Positions 43,121 to 57,841 of a DNA stretch of 64,000 nucleotides are shown here, in pieces. The stretch is taken from the NCBI GenBank assembly GCA_963776345.1, contig CAVZMH010000012.1, positions 32,001-96,000 of the forward strand, read 5' to 3'. The position numbers were made by a program, and so were the translations under genes. The notes beneath the pieces were generated by a model. The model made no database searches. It saw only the letters and a list, made by a program, of their open reading frames with translations, and was not told where the DNA came from. Within the stretch, counting starts at the first letter, position 1; every line of letters begins with the position of its first letter. The stretch is from an uncultured delta proteobacterium (GTDB taxonomy: Bacteria > Myxococcota > Myxococcia > Myxococcales > Myxococcaceae).

Positions 43121-43938
43121 GACGGTCGCAGCACCACCTGGTCGCGCTCCTGTCCGCGCTCCTCCCGTTCGCGGCCGGGGCCCAGGTGAACGTGCCTGCC
43201 CCGATGCAGGGTGTGGACGTGATCGAGCAGCTCGGAGACCGGGTGCCCGAGGACGGGCGGCTCATCGACTCGGAGGGGCAGCCCTTCCGGCTCGCGGACG
43301 AGCTGCACCAGGGAAAGCCCGTGGTGCTGGCGCTGGTCTACTACCGCTGCCCGCAGCTCTGCAGCCTGACGCTCTCCAGCCTGACCCGCACGCTCCGCGA
43401 CTCGGGGATGAAGCTGGGCCGCGACTACCGGGCGGTGGTGGTGAGCATCGACCCCGCCGAGACGTCGCGGGACTCTGCCGAGTCGAAGCGTGGCCACATG
43501 CAGGCGCTGGGCGTCTCGCCCACCACGCCGGACTGGCGGTTCGCCACCGCCGCCGAGCCCGAGATCCGGGCGCTGGCGAAGGCCACCGGCTTCCTCTACA
43601 AGTACGACCCCCCGACGAAGCAGTTCGCGCACCCGTCGGTCGCCTTCGTCCTCTCCGAGGACGGGCGCCTCTCGCGCTACCTGTACGGGATCGAGTACCC
43701 GGCGCGCGACATGAAGCTGGCCCTGGTCGAGGCCGGCAAGGGCAAGGTCGGCACCGCGTTCGATCGCGTGCTGCTCACCTGCTTCAAGTACGACCCGGCG
43801 AAGCGCAGTTATGGCCCATACGTGCTGGCCTTCATCCGCATCGGGGCCCTCCTGGTCTTCGCCGCGCTGGTGGCCTTACTGACGGTGCTCTGGAGGCATG
43901 ACTTGAAGCTGAAGAAGCGGCGGGGTGCGACGGCATGA
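43117..43938 (+). CDS. SCO family copper chaperone
   Basis: YYRCPQLC (CxxxC), FAHP, C-terminal TM. Confidence 0.9.
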   Translation: MRRSQHHLVALLSALLPFAAGAQVNVPAPMQGVDVIEQLGDRVPEDGRLIDSEGQPFRLADELHQGKPVVLALVYYRCPQLCSLTLSSLTRTLRDSGMKLGRDYRAVVVSIDPAETSRDSAESKRGHMQALGVSPTTPDWRFATAAEPEIRALAKATGFLYKYDPPTKQFAHPSVAFVLSEDGRLSRYLYGIEYPARDMKLALVEAGKGKVGTAFDRVLLTCFKYDPAKRSYGPYVLAFIRIGALLVFAALVALLTVLWRHDLKLKKRRGATA

Positions 43939-44969
43939 ACGAGATCATGAGGCGCTTGCTGTTCCTCCCCGAGCAAGCCTCGACCTTCGCCCTGGACGTC
44001 GACCACCTGCACTACTTCGTGATCATCGTGACGATGGTCTCGAGCCTCGGCGTCGGGCTGGTCGCCCTGGCGTTCTTCTGGAAGTACCGCCGCCAGCCGG
44101 AGAACGAGTACCAGTCCACGCCCGACATCCAGCCCACCGCGATGTTCGAGGTGGTGGCGATCAGCGTGCCGCTGGCGTTCTTCCTGGTGTGGTTCGCGAT
44201 CGGCTTCCGGGACTTCGTGAAGCTCTCCTCGCCGCCGCCGGACGCGATGGACGTCTACGTGATGGGCAAGCAGTGGATGTGGAAGTTCGCGTACCCCGAG
44301 GGCCCGAACTCCATCGGCGTGCTCCACGTGCCGGCCAACCGTCCGGTGCGGCTGCTGATCACCTCGCGGGACGTCATCCACTCGGTGTTCATCCCCGCCT
44401 TCCGGGTAAAGATGGACGCCCAGCCCGGCCGGTACACCGAGACCTGGTTCATCGCCACCAAGCCGGGGCGGTACCAGCTGCTCTGCACCGAGTACTGCGG
44501 CGCCCAGCACAGCAAGATGTGGGGCGAGGTCGTGGTGATGGCCCCCGAGGCCTTCGACGAGTGGATCAAGGAGCAGCAGCGCGGCCTGGTGTCCCGCCAG
44601 GACGTGCTGGCCGACGAGAGCCAGGTCAGCCAGCAGGGCAGCCTCGCCCAGTGGGGCAAGCAGGTGGCCATCTACCAGGGCTGCCTCCGCTGCCACAACG
44701 TGAGCGGCCCCGAGCCCGCCACCGGCCCGAGCTGGGTGGACCTCTACCAGCAGCCCACCAAGCTGGCGGACGGGCGGGAGATCATCGCCGACGAGGCGTA
44801 CCTCACCGAGTCGATGATGGAGCCCACGGCGAAGATCGTCGCCGGCTACCAGCCACTGATGCCGAACTACCAGGGGAAGCTGAGCGGCCCCGAGGCGGCG
44901 GCCATCGTGGAGTACATCAAGAGCCTCCGGTCCGACCGCACCGTGCAGGCCACCGGAGGTGAGGAATGA
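43935..44969 (+). CDS. coxB: Cytochrome c oxidase subunit II with fused heme c (caa3 type)
   Basis: KQWMW, DVIHS, CTEYCGAQHSKM CuA motif, CLRCH. Confidence 0.95.
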   Translation: MNEIMRRLLFLPEQASTFALDVDHLHYFVIIVTMVSSLGVGLVALAFFWKYRRQPENEYQSTPDIQPTAMFEVVAISVPLAFFLVWFAIGFRDFVKLSSPPPDAMDVYVMGKQWMWKFAYPEGPNSIGVLHVPANRPVRLLITSRDVIHSVFIPAFRVKMDAQPGRYTETWFIATKPGRYQLLCTEYCGAQHSKMWGEVVVMAPEAFDEWIKEQQRGLVSRQDVLADESQVSQQGSLAQWGKQVAIYQGCLRCHNVSGPEPATGPSWVDLYQQPTKLADGREIIADEAYLTESMMEPTAKIVAGYQPLMPNYQGKLSGPEAAAIVEYIKSLRSDRTVQATGGEE

Positions 44970-46627
44970 CCGCGCCGATCTCCACCGCCGCCGTCCCGCC
45001 CGCGGGCGCGGTGTTCCCCAAGAAGCACTACCTGAACGACGGCACCACCATCCGCTCGTGGCTCCTCACCGTGGACCACAAGCGGATCGCCATCATGTAC
45101 CTGGTGGGGGTGCTCATCGCCCTGCTCCTGGGCGGCATCTTCGCCATGGTCCTCCGGCTGGAGCTGCTCACCCCGGGGCCGACCATCATCGAGGCGCTGA
45201 CCTACAACCGGATGTTCACCCTGCACGGCCTGGTCATGATCTTCATGTTCATGATCCCGGCCATCCCGGGCGTGTTCGGGAACTTCTTCCTCCCGATCAT
45301 GCTGGGGGCGAAGGACGTGGCGTTCCCCAAGTGGAACCTGACCTCGTACTACGTCTACCTGGCCGGCTCGACGCTGATGCTCTGGGGGCTGATCACCGGC
45401 GGCGCGGACACCGGCTGGACCTTCTACGCGCCGTACAGCACCACCACCACCACCAACATCGCGCCGGTGATGCTGGGGGTGTTCGTCATCGGGTTCAGCT
45501 CCATCCTCACCGGGCTGAACTTCATCGTCACCATCCACACCCTCCGCGCGCCGGGCGTGACCTGGTTCAAGATGCCCCTGTTCGTCTGGGCGGTCTACGC
45601 CACCAGCGTCATCCAGGTGCTGGCCACTCCGGTGCTGGGGCTCACCACGCTGCTGGTCGCCGCCGAGCACACCTTCGGCTTCGGCTTCTTCGATCCGGCG
45701 CGGGGCGGTGACCCGATCCTCTTCCAGCACCTGTTCTGGTTCTACAGCCACCCGGCGGTGTACATCATGGTGCTGCCGGCGATGGGCGTGATCAGCGAGT
45801 GCATCTGCGCCTACGCCCGGAAGAACATCTTCGGCTACAAGATGATCGCCATGAGCTCACTGGGCATCGCCTTCGTGGGCTTCTTCGCCTGGGGACACCA
45901 CCTCTTCACCTCGGGCCAGAGCGCCTTCGACGCCGGGGCCTTCGGGGCGATCTCCATGCTGGTGGGCGTGTTCACCGCGATCAAGGTCTTCAACTGGGTG
46001 GCCACGCTCTACAAGGGCTCGATCGCCTTCACCGCGCCCTTCGTCTACATCTGCGGCTTCCTCTTCTTCCTGGTGTTCGGCGGGATGACCGGCGTGGCGC
46101 TGGCCACCGTGTCGCTCGACGTGCACTGGCAGGACACCTACTTCGTGGTGGCCCACTTCCACTTCATCATGGTGGGGGCGGTGATCATGGGCTTCCTCGC
46201 CGCGCTCCATTACTGGTTCCCGAAGATGTTCGGCCGGAAGTACCCGGAGAACTGGGCGCTCCTGGCGGCGGGGCTCATCGTCCTCGGCTTCAACGCCACC
46301 TTCATCCCCCAGTTCCTCCTGGGGAACGCGGGCATGCCCCGGCGCTACTACGAGTACCCGGAGCGCTTCGCCGCGCTGAACGTGGCCTCCACCGCCGGCG
46401 CCTCGCTGCTCGCCTTCGGGTTCATCATCATCGCCATCTACCTGGCCATCGCCCTGAAGTACGGCCAGGTGGCGGGCCGGAACCCCTGGGGCAGCCGCGG
46501 CTACGAGTGGGACGTGCCCTCGCCGCCGCCCACCGAGAACTTCGACCACGTCCCCGACCACACCCGGGGGCCGCACGAGTACCAGGACTTCGCGGAGGAG
46601 TTCGCCAAGGTGGGCCATGCAAGCTAG
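44966..46627 (+). CDS. coxA: Cytochrome c oxidase subunit I (A2 subtype)
   Basis: DHKRI, TLHG, WFYSHPAVY, WGHH, AHFH, MPRRY. Confidence 0.96.
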   Translation: MTAPISTAAVPPAGAVFPKKHYLNDGTTIRSWLLTVDHKRIAIMYLVGVLIALLLGGIFAMVLRLELLTPGPTIIEALTYNRMFTLHGLVMIFMFMIPAIPGVFGNFFLPIMLGAKDVAFPKWNLTSYYVYLAGSTLMLWGLITGGADTGWTFYAPYSTTTTTNIAPVMLGVFVIGFSSILTGLNFIVTIHTLRAPGVTWFKMPLFVWAVYATSVIQVLATPVLGLTTLLVAAEHTFGFGFFDPARGGDPILFQHLFWFYSHPAVYIMVLPAMGVISECICAYARKNIFGYKMIAMSSLGIAFVGFFAWGHHLFTSGQSAFDAGAFGAISMLVGVFTAIKVFNWVATLYKGSIAFTAPFVYICGFLFFLVFGGMTGVALATVSLDVHWQDTYFVVAHFHFIMVGAVIMGFLAALHYWFPKMFGRKYPENWALLAAGLIVLGFNATFIPQFLLGNAGMPRRYYEYPERFAALNVASTAGASLLAFGFIIIAIYLAIALKYGQVAGRNPWGSRGYEWDVPSPPPTENFDHVPDHTRGPHEYQDFAEEFAKVGHAS

Positions 46628-47291
46628 CGCCACGGCGCGGAAGATGACGGCGGAGGGCTGGCTGGAGCCGCCTCCGGTCCCGCATCACTACGAGAGCCTC
46701 GAGAACCACCACAGCGCCGTCCGCTTCGGCATGTGGCTGTTCCTCGGGACCGAGGTGCTGCTCTTCGCCGGCATCTTCGTGGGCTACTTCGTCTTCCGGA
46801 CCTACTTCCCGGAGTCGTTCGAGCAGGCAGGGCGGCACCTCAGCCTGTTCCTGGGGACGCTGAACACGTTCCTGCTGCTCACCTCGAGCCTCACCGTGGC
46901 CCTGGCGCACCACAACGCCGAGCACGGGAAGAACCGGAACGCCTTCTGGCTCCTGATGACCTCGGTGGCCATGGGCGCCGGGTTCCTCTGCATCAAGGCC
47001 ATCGAGTACCACACGAAGTTCGTGGAGGGCGCCCTGCCCGGGAGGTTCTTCCGCTTCTCCGAGGTCAACGCTCCGGGCGGGCCGATCTTCTACGTGGTCT
47101 ACTTCTTCTCCACCGGGCTGCACGCGATGCACGTCATCGTGGGGATGAGCCTGCTCACCTGGGTGGCCATCCGCTGCTGGCGCAAGGAGTTCTCGCCGAC
47201 GTACTACGCCCCGGTGGAGAACGCCGGGCTCTACTGGCACCTGGTCGATCTCGTCTGGATCTTCCTCTACCCTCTGCTCTACCTGGTCTGA
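46617..47291 (+). CDS. coxC: Cytochrome c oxidase subunit III
   Basis: GMWLFLGTEVLLF, TGLHAMHV, GLYWHLVDLVWIFLYP. Confidence 0.94.
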   Translation: MQASATARKMTAEGWLEPPPVPHHYESLENHHSAVRFGMWLFLGTEVLLFAGIFVGYFVFRTYFPESFEQAGRHLSLFLGTLNTFLLLTSSLTVALAHHNAEHGKNRNAFWLLMTSVAMGAGFLCIKAIEYHTKFVEGALPGRFFRFSEVNAPGGPIFYVVYFFSTGLHAMHVIVGMSLLTWVAIRCWRKEFSPTYYAPVENAGLYWHLVDLVWIFLYPLLYLV

Positions 47292-47294
47292 CCC

Positions 47295-47732
47295 ATGGCC
47301 TCGACCACCACCACCGCCGGCGCGCCGGCGCACGCGAACAAGGAATTCGGACCCGGGAAGCTGATCCTCAACTGGCTCGTGCTGTGCGGGTTGACCGCCG
47401 CGACCTTCGGGGTGTCTCAGCTCCAGATGAGCATCAACTCCCACCTGGCGGCGGCCCTCTGCATCGCCACGGTGAAGGTGACGCTGGTGGTGCTGTTCTT
47501 CATGCACCTCTGGCACGGCGAGGGCAGCAACCGCATCGTCTTCGTCGTCTCCTTCGTCTTCCTCCTGGTGCTGATGTTCTTCGTGATGGCGGACGTGTCC
47601 ACCCGCTTCACGCTCGCCAACTCCCGCATCCCGCCGATGCCCAGGGTGGACCAGAAGCTGATGCCCACCGGGATCCCGCCCGGGATGAGCCACGGACCGC
47701 AGCGCACCCCGGGCGAGGCCGGACACCAGTGA
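47295..47732 (+). CDS. coxD: Cytochrome c oxidase subunit IV family
   Basis: IATVKVTLVVLFFMHL; three TM segments. Confidence 0.88.
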   Translation: MASTTTTAGAPAHANKEFGPGKLILNWLVLCGLTAATFGVSQLQMSINSHLAAALCIATVKVTLVVLFFMHLWHGEGSNRIVFVVSFVFLLVLMFFVMADVSTRFTLANSRIPPMPRVDQKLMPTGIPPGMSHGPQRTPGEAGHQ

Positions 47733-49129
47733 GCGTCCGGCGCCGGGCCCTCTCCACCTCGGCGCTGTTCCGCACCGCCCTCGTCGTCCTCGTCCTGGCG
47801 CTCGCCGGCTGCGTGCACGGCGCCGGCGCGGGGGGCGATCCGGGCAGCGGCATCCGTTTCCTCTCCGACGACTTCTCGGGCGCGCTCGCCCGGGCGCGGG
47901 CCGAGGGGAAGCCGCTCTTCGTCGACGCCTGGGCCCCGTGGTGCCACAGCTGCGTGAGCATGAAGTCGTACGTCTTCCCGGACGGGGTGCTCTCCTCCGT
48001 GGCCGACCGGTACGTCTGGCTCGAGATGGACACCGAGAAGGCCGCCAACCGGGCCTTCGTGGAACAGTTCCCGGCCGAGGCCTTGCCCACGCTCCTGGTC
48101 ATCGACCCGCGGACCGGGCAGGCGGTCCGCCGGTGGATGGGAAGCGCCACCGCCGTCGAGCTCGCCGCGCGCCTCCGCTCCACCGCGCTGGCGCTCACCC
48201 CGGGAGCGCCCGGGACGCCCGGACAGGCGGCGCTGGCCCGGGCGAGCGCGGCCGACGCCCGGGGAGACCACGCCGGCGCGACCGAGGCCCTGCAGGCGGC
48301 GCTCGCCGCGACGCAGCCACGCTCGCTGGACCATGGGCAGGCGGTGGAGGGGCTGGTGCTGCGGCTGGCGCAGGATGGCGACCCGGCGGCCTGCGTGCAG
48401 CTCGCCCGCGAGGAGCTGGGCCACGTCGCGCCGGGGACCGCGCTCGCCACCCTCGTCTCCACCGGACTGTCCTGCGCGCTCGAGCTCCCGGAGGAAGACC
48501 CAGGGCGGAGAGCCGCGCTCGGCGCGCTCGAGGGCCGGGTGGCGTCCCTGGCCCGGGATCCCTCCGTGGTCCTGATGTCGGACGACCGCTCGAGCCTGTT
48601 CGAGACCGAGGAGGGCGCCCGGCGGGCCCGGGGCGACCTGGCCGGGGCGCGGGAGACGGCGCTCCGCTGGACGGCCTTCCTCGAGGGCGAGGCCGCGCGG
48701 GCCACCACGCCCGAGGCCCGCGCGGTGTTCGACTCGCACCGGCTCTCGGCCTACCTGGCGCTCGGGGAGCCGGAGCGGGCCATCCCGATGCTCGAGCAGA
48801 GCGCCCGGGACTTCCCGAAGGACTACAACCCGCCGGCCCGGCTCGCGGTGGCGTACCTGGCGATGCGGGACCCATGGCACGCGCTCGACGAGGCGCGCCG
48901 GGCGGCGTCGCTGGTCTACGGCCCGCGCACGCTCCGGGTGCTGCTGGTCAAGGCCGAGGCCGAGGCGCGGGTCGGGGATTCCCATGCCGCCCGGGTGACG
49001 CTGGCCCGGGCCGAGAAGCTGGTCAACGAGCTGGCACCGGCCCAGCGGAGCGCCTCGATGCACACCGCCATCGCCGCGAGGCGGAAGGCGCTGTTCGAGC
49101 CGCCCACCGCGTCGCGCACGGTGCCCTGA
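47729..49129 (+). CDS. Thioredoxin-family lipoprotein with helical/TPR-like C-terminus
   Basis: LAGC lipobox; KPLFVDAWAPWCHSC; GTG overlaps the coxD stop. Confidence 0.8.
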   Translation: MSVRRRALSTSALFRTALVVLVLALAGCVHGAGAGGDPGSGIRFLSDDFSGALARARAEGKPLFVDAWAPWCHSCVSMKSYVFPDGVLSSVADRYVWLEMDTEKAANRAFVEQFPAEALPTLLVIDPRTGQAVRRWMGSATAVELAARLRSTALALTPGAPGTPGQAALARASAADARGDHAGATEALQAALAATQPRSLDHGQAVEGLVLRLAQDGDPAACVQLAREELGHVAPGTALATLVSTGLSCALELPEEDPGRRAALGALEGRVASLARDPSVVLMSDDRSSLFETEEGARRARGDLAGARETALRWTAFLEGEAARATTPEARAVFDSHRLSAYLALGEPERAIPMLEQSARDFPKDYNPPARLAVAYLAMRDPWHALDEARRAASLVYGPRTLRVLLVKAEAEARVGDSHAARVTLARAEKLVNELAPAQRSASMHTAIAARRKALFEPPTASRTVP

Positions 49130-49211
49130 GCGGACCCGGCGCCCCGGCGCGCGCGAGCCTCGATGAGGGTCACTCCCCCTCGAGCTCTCTGGCACGATGC
49201 GCGGCCCGACC

Positions 49212-51131
49212 ATGACCGCCGCCCCCCTCCTCCTGCTCCTCGTCTCCGCGACCCCGACCGAGCCCCAGAAGCCCGTCTCGCCGCTCTCGGAGATGCCGGG
49301 AACGTTCACTCCCTCCGGCATCGACCTCGACCACCAGCGCCGCGAGGTGATGATCCCCATGCGGGACGGAGTGAAGCTCTTCACGGTCATCCTCGTCCCG
49401 AAGGGCGCGCAGAAGGCGCCGATGCTCCTGACCCGGACGCCCTACGACGCGGACAAGCTCACCCGTCACACGCCGTCGGTCCATCTCGGCCCGCTGCTCC
49501 AGGGCTACGACAACGCGACCGACGTCATCGTCGAGGGCGGATACATCCGGGTGGTCCAGGACGTGCGCGGCAAGCACGCCTCCGAGGGTGACTACGTGAT
49601 GAACCGCCCGCTGAAGGGCCGGTGGAACCCCACCGAGGTGGACCACGCCACCGACACCTACGACACCATCGAGTGGCTGGTGAAGAACGTCCCCGAGTCC
49701 AACGGCCGCGTGGGCATCCTCGGCATCTCCTACGACGGCTTCACGCCGCTGATGGCGCTGGTCGACCCCCACCCGGCGCTCAAGGTGGCTGTGCCGATGA
49801 ACCCGATGGTGGACGGCTGGACCGGCGACGACTGGTTCCACCACGGCGCCTTCCGGCTCGCGCCCACCCTCCCGTACGTCTACGAGCAGGAGGCCGACCG
49901 GAAGTCCGAGGTGAAGTGGCCCTCGTCACACCACGACGACTACCAGGCCTACCTCGGCGGCTCGGCCGGAGAGATCGGCCGGCGGCGCGGGATGGAGCAG
50001 CTCGGGTTCTGGCGCAAGCTGCTCGAGCACCCGGCGTACGACGCCTTCTGGCAGGACCAGGCGATGGACCGGGTGCTGGCCGCACGGAAGCTCCAGGTCC
50101 CGGTGATGGTGGTCCACGGGCTCTGGGACCAGGAGGACATCTACGGCGCGACCGCGGTGTACCGGGCGCTGGAGAAGCAGGACCCGGGCAACGACCGCGT
50201 GTTCCTGGTCATCGGCCCCTGGTACCACGGGCAGCAGATCCACGACGGCTCGGCGCTCGGTCCCATCCGCTTCGGGGCAGACACCGCCCGCCAGTTCCGG
50301 CAGGAGGTGCTCCGCCCCTTCCTCGACCACTACCTGAAGGATGGCGCTCCGCCGGCGAACCTGGCGCCGGTCACCGCCTTCGAGAGCGGCACCAACGTCT
50401 GGCGGCGACTCCCTGCCTGGCCCGCCGGCTGCGAGCGAGGCTGCAAGGTGGAGCCGACGCCGCTCTACCTCTCCGCCGGGCATCGCGTCGCCTTCACCCC
50501 GCCGCGGGCCTCGGACGCGGCGTGGGACGAGTGGGTCTCGGACCCGGAGAAGCCCGTCCCGTACCGCGCCCGGCCGGTGCTGAGCGACGAGGCCCACTGG
50601 AAGCCCTGGCTGGTCGGCGACCAGCGCGAGGCCTCGGGACGCACCGACGTGGTGACCTTCGTCTCCGAGCCGCTCCGCGAGCCGCTCAAGGTCGCCGGCT
50701 TTCCGGTGGCGAACCTGGTCGCCTCGACCAGCGGGACGGACTCGGACTGGGTGGTGAAGCTGATCGACGTGTACCCCGACGAGGTGGCCGACCAGCCCGA
50801 GCTCGGCGGCTACCAGCTCATGGTCTCGGCCGACATCCTCCGCGGGCGCTACCGCGAGCGGGCCGACCGTCCAGCCGCCATCCCCGCAGGGAAGGCGCTC
50901 ACCTACCGCTGGGAGCTGCCAACGGTGAACCACGTCTTCCTGCCCGGGCACCGGCTGATGGTCCAGGTCCAGTCGAGCTGGTTCCCGCTCTACGACCGCA
51001 ATCCGCAGACCTTCGTGGAGAGCATCTTCTGGGCGAGGCCCGCGGACTACCGGAAGGCGACCCAGCGCGTGTACCGCGCGCCCGGCCAGGCGAGCTTCGT
51101 GGAGCTGCCGGTCGTGAAGCCCGTTCCCTGA
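49212..51131 (+). CDS. CocE/NonD family hydrolase (alpha-amino acid ester hydrolase-like)
   Basis: MRDGVKL, RTPY, QDVRG, GISYDG, GPWYHG, SSWFPLYDRNPQ. Confidence 0.92.
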   Translation: MTAAPLLLLLVSATPTEPQKPVSPLSEMPGTFTPSGIDLDHQRREVMIPMRDGVKLFTVILVPKGAQKAPMLLTRTPYDADKLTRHTPSVHLGPLLQGYDNATDVIVEGGYIRVVQDVRGKHASEGDYVMNRPLKGRWNPTEVDHATDTYDTIEWLVKNVPESNGRVGILGISYDGFTPLMALVDPHPALKVAVPMNPMVDGWTGDDWFHHGAFRLAPTLPYVYEQEADRKSEVKWPSSHHDDYQAYLGGSAGEIGRRRGMEQLGFWRKLLEHPAYDAFWQDQAMDRVLAARKLQVPVMVVHGLWDQEDIYGATAVYRALEKQDPGNDRVFLVIGPWYHGQQIHDGSALGPIRFGADTARQFRQEVLRPFLDHYLKDGAPPANLAPVTAFESGTNVWRRLPAWPAGCERGCKVEPTPLYLSAGHRVAFTPPRASDAAWDEWVSDPEKPVPYRARPVLSDEAHWKPWLVGDQREASGRTDVVTFVSEPLREPLKVAGFPVANLVASTSGTDSDWVVKLIDVYPDEVADQPELGGYQLMVSADILRGRYRERADRPAAIPAGKALTYRWELPTVNHVFLPGHRLMVQVQSSWFPLYDRNPQTFVESIFWARPADYRKATQRVYRAPGQASFVELPVVKPVP

Positions 51132-51165
51132 GCCGGGAACATCGGCGCGGGCGCCATTCTCGCCC

Positions 51166-55863
<4,698 letters not shown>

Positions 55864-55899
55864 GGGAGCCGAACAGTGTAACGGCCTGGCGGCGCTTCC

Positions 55900-56565
55900 T
55901 CAGGCCGGCGGTGGATCCGCGAGACAGCCCTGCCCCTCGTGGTCGGCCGAGTTCACGTACGTCGAGACCGGCCGCCCCACCCAGGGCGGATGCACCCCGG
56001 CGAGCGCGTCTGCCCACCCCTCGAGCGGCACGCGCTCCCCGGACAGCCAGCGCGGGTACAGCCCGAGCGGCAGCACCACCGGCATCCGGTCGTGCACCGC
56101 CGCCGGCGCGCCGGCGGCGCGGGTGGTGAGGATGACGCAGCTCCGCACCACCGCGCCGTCGGGTCCGGTCCACTCGTCCCAGAGCCCCGCGAACCCGAAG
56201 GGCCGGTGGTCCGAGAGCTCGAAGAACCACGGCAGCTTCCGCCCGCCCTGGCGCAGCCACTCGTAGAACCCGTCCGCGAGCACCACGCACCGCCGCGTCT
56301 CCCCGGCCTGGAATGCCGGGCGGCGCGCGAGGTCCTCGAGCCGTGCGTTCACCAGCCGATCGCCCATGCGCGCATCCTTCGCCCAGGAGGGGACGAGCCC
56401 CCAGCGGAGCGCGGTCAGCCGCCGGGGCCGGTCGCTGCCGATGACCGGAACCTGGGCCCGCGGCGCGATGTTGAAGCGGGCCGGCAGCTCCTCGTCCGCG
56501 CCCTCGAGGCCGAACGCCTCGACCAGCTGGGACGCGTCGAGCCGGTCGGTGAAGCGGCCGCACAT
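55900..56565 (-). CDS. SRAP/HMCES (YedK-like) abasic-site processing protein
   Basis: N-terminal MCGRF, RFNIAP, WGLVPSW, NAR, DGFYEW, HDRMP. Confidence 0.95.
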   Translation of the reverse strand: MCGRFTDRLDASQLVEAFGLEGADEELPARFNIAPRAQVPVIGSDRPRRLTALRWGLVPSWAKDARMGDRLVNARLEDLARRPAFQAGETRRCVVLADGFYEWLRQGGRKLPWFFELSDHRPFGFAGLWDEWTGPDGAVVRSCVILTTRAAGAPAAVHDRMPVVLPLGLYPRWLSGERVPLEGWADALAGVHPPWVGRPVSTYVNSADHEGQGCLADPPPA

Positions 56566-56735
56566 GGCGCCGCACTAACCCCGCGCGAACCCACGCGCAC
56601 GGCTGGCGCGGCGTGTGCACAACGTTTCGTAGCCGCCCGTCGGTTGCCCGAAGGGCCAACGATGCTTTCTCTTGCGCGTCAGAGGGGCCTACGCCAGACC
56701 GGGGCTCCGGGCCGGAACCACCCCAAGGGGGTCTC

Positions 56736-57332
56736 ATGAACACGAAGGTCCTTTCCCTCGCCGCCGCGCTCGCGCTGGGCGGAGTGCTGCTCACCCCGTC
56801 CACCTCCACGGCGCAGACCGCCGACGAGCACAACAAGTACGTCGCCGTGAAGTTCGGCCCGTACTTCCCGACCGAGACCAACCCCTTCAGCGCGATCAGC
56901 GGGTCGGTCCAGAACTGGCCGACGAAGTGGGAGCTCGACGCCGCGTTCGGCGCGTACTGGGGCCTCTTCGGGCTGCAGCTCAGCGCCGGCTACCTGACCA
57001 CGGGGACGAGCGACGCCGATTTCAAGGCCTTTCCGATCCTGGCCATCGCCCGGATCCGGCTCCCCCTCGGCTTCATCGCCCCCTACGGCGAGGGCGGCGC
57101 GGGCGTCGCCATCAGCACCCTGAGCGGCGTCGGCGGCGCGAGCAGCACCGTGGCGGCGTTCGAGGGCATCGCCGGCGCAGGCGTGGACTTCTACCTCGGG
57201 CAGCTCCTGCTCGGCGCCGAGTTCAAGTACCTCTGGCTCAACCCGAGCTTCACCTTCACCGGGCAGCAGGCGGGAACCAGCTTCAAGTTCAACGGCATCA
57301 CCGTCCAGGCCTACGTCGGATACATGTTCTGA
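56736..57332 (+). CDS. Outer membrane beta-barrel protein
   Basis: Signal peptide, alternating hydrophobic strands, PYGEGGAG, C-terminal Phe (VGYMF). Confidence 0.8.
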   Translation: MNTKVLSLAAALALGGVLLTPSTSTAQTADEHNKYVAVKFGPYFPTETNPFSAISGSVQNWPTKWELDAAFGAYWGLFGLQLSAGYLTTGTSDADFKAFPILAIARIRLPLGFIAPYGEGGAGVAISTLSGVGGASSTVAAFEGIAGAGVDFYLGQLLLGAEFKYLWLNPSFTFTGQQAGTSFKFNGITVQAYVGYMF

Positions 57333-57393
57333 CGGGCTTGACCCGGCTGTTGCCCATGGTGATGACAGAGGTGTCCCTCTGGAGGTGACGCCC

Positions 57394-57815
57394 ATGTCGA
57401 CGGGTCAGGGAACCACCTGGGTGCTGGTCGCTGATGCGCGCCAGGCCCGAGTGCTGGAGGTGGAGGACGCGGGGCTGCCCCCACGGCTGCGGAGCACGGT
57501 GAACGCTCCGCCGCCCGAGGGGCTGTACCACCCGCCCGAGCACGGCTGGACGAACCGTCCGACCCGGGGCCCGGGGAGGACGAGCGGCGCCTGGCGCATG
57601 CCCTGGTGCAGACGCTGGAGCGCGGAGTGGCGGACAACCAGTTCCGGCACCTGGTCATGGTGGCCCCGCCGCATCTGCTGGGCGTGCTCCGCGAGTCGCT
57701 GCCCCGCGGGCTGGCGGACAAGCTCCGGGCGAGCACCGCAAAGGACTGGGGCCACGTGCCGGACGCCGAGCTGGCCGGTCACGTACGCCCGCTGGTGGAG
57801 ATCTGGCCCCGGTGA
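57394..57815 (+). CDS. Host attachment protein family (AtsE/baeRF-like), frameshifted at about 57573-57576
   Basis: TWVLVADARQAR in one frame; LVMVAPPHLLGVLR..KD in the -1 frame; one extra G in the G4 run restores the ORF. Confidence 0.8.
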
Positions 57816-57841
57816 GCCGGGCCATGGGCTCCTAGACGCTC

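Noticed and set aside
49190..49206. TGGCACG as a sigma54 -24 element upstream of the CocE gene
   Set aside because: No GC at the -12 position and too close to the start codon
56566..56735. LexA box upstream of SRAP-lhr
   Set aside because: No GAAC-N4-GTTC match found; the CAACGTTTC shared with about 61867 is too short to support a motif
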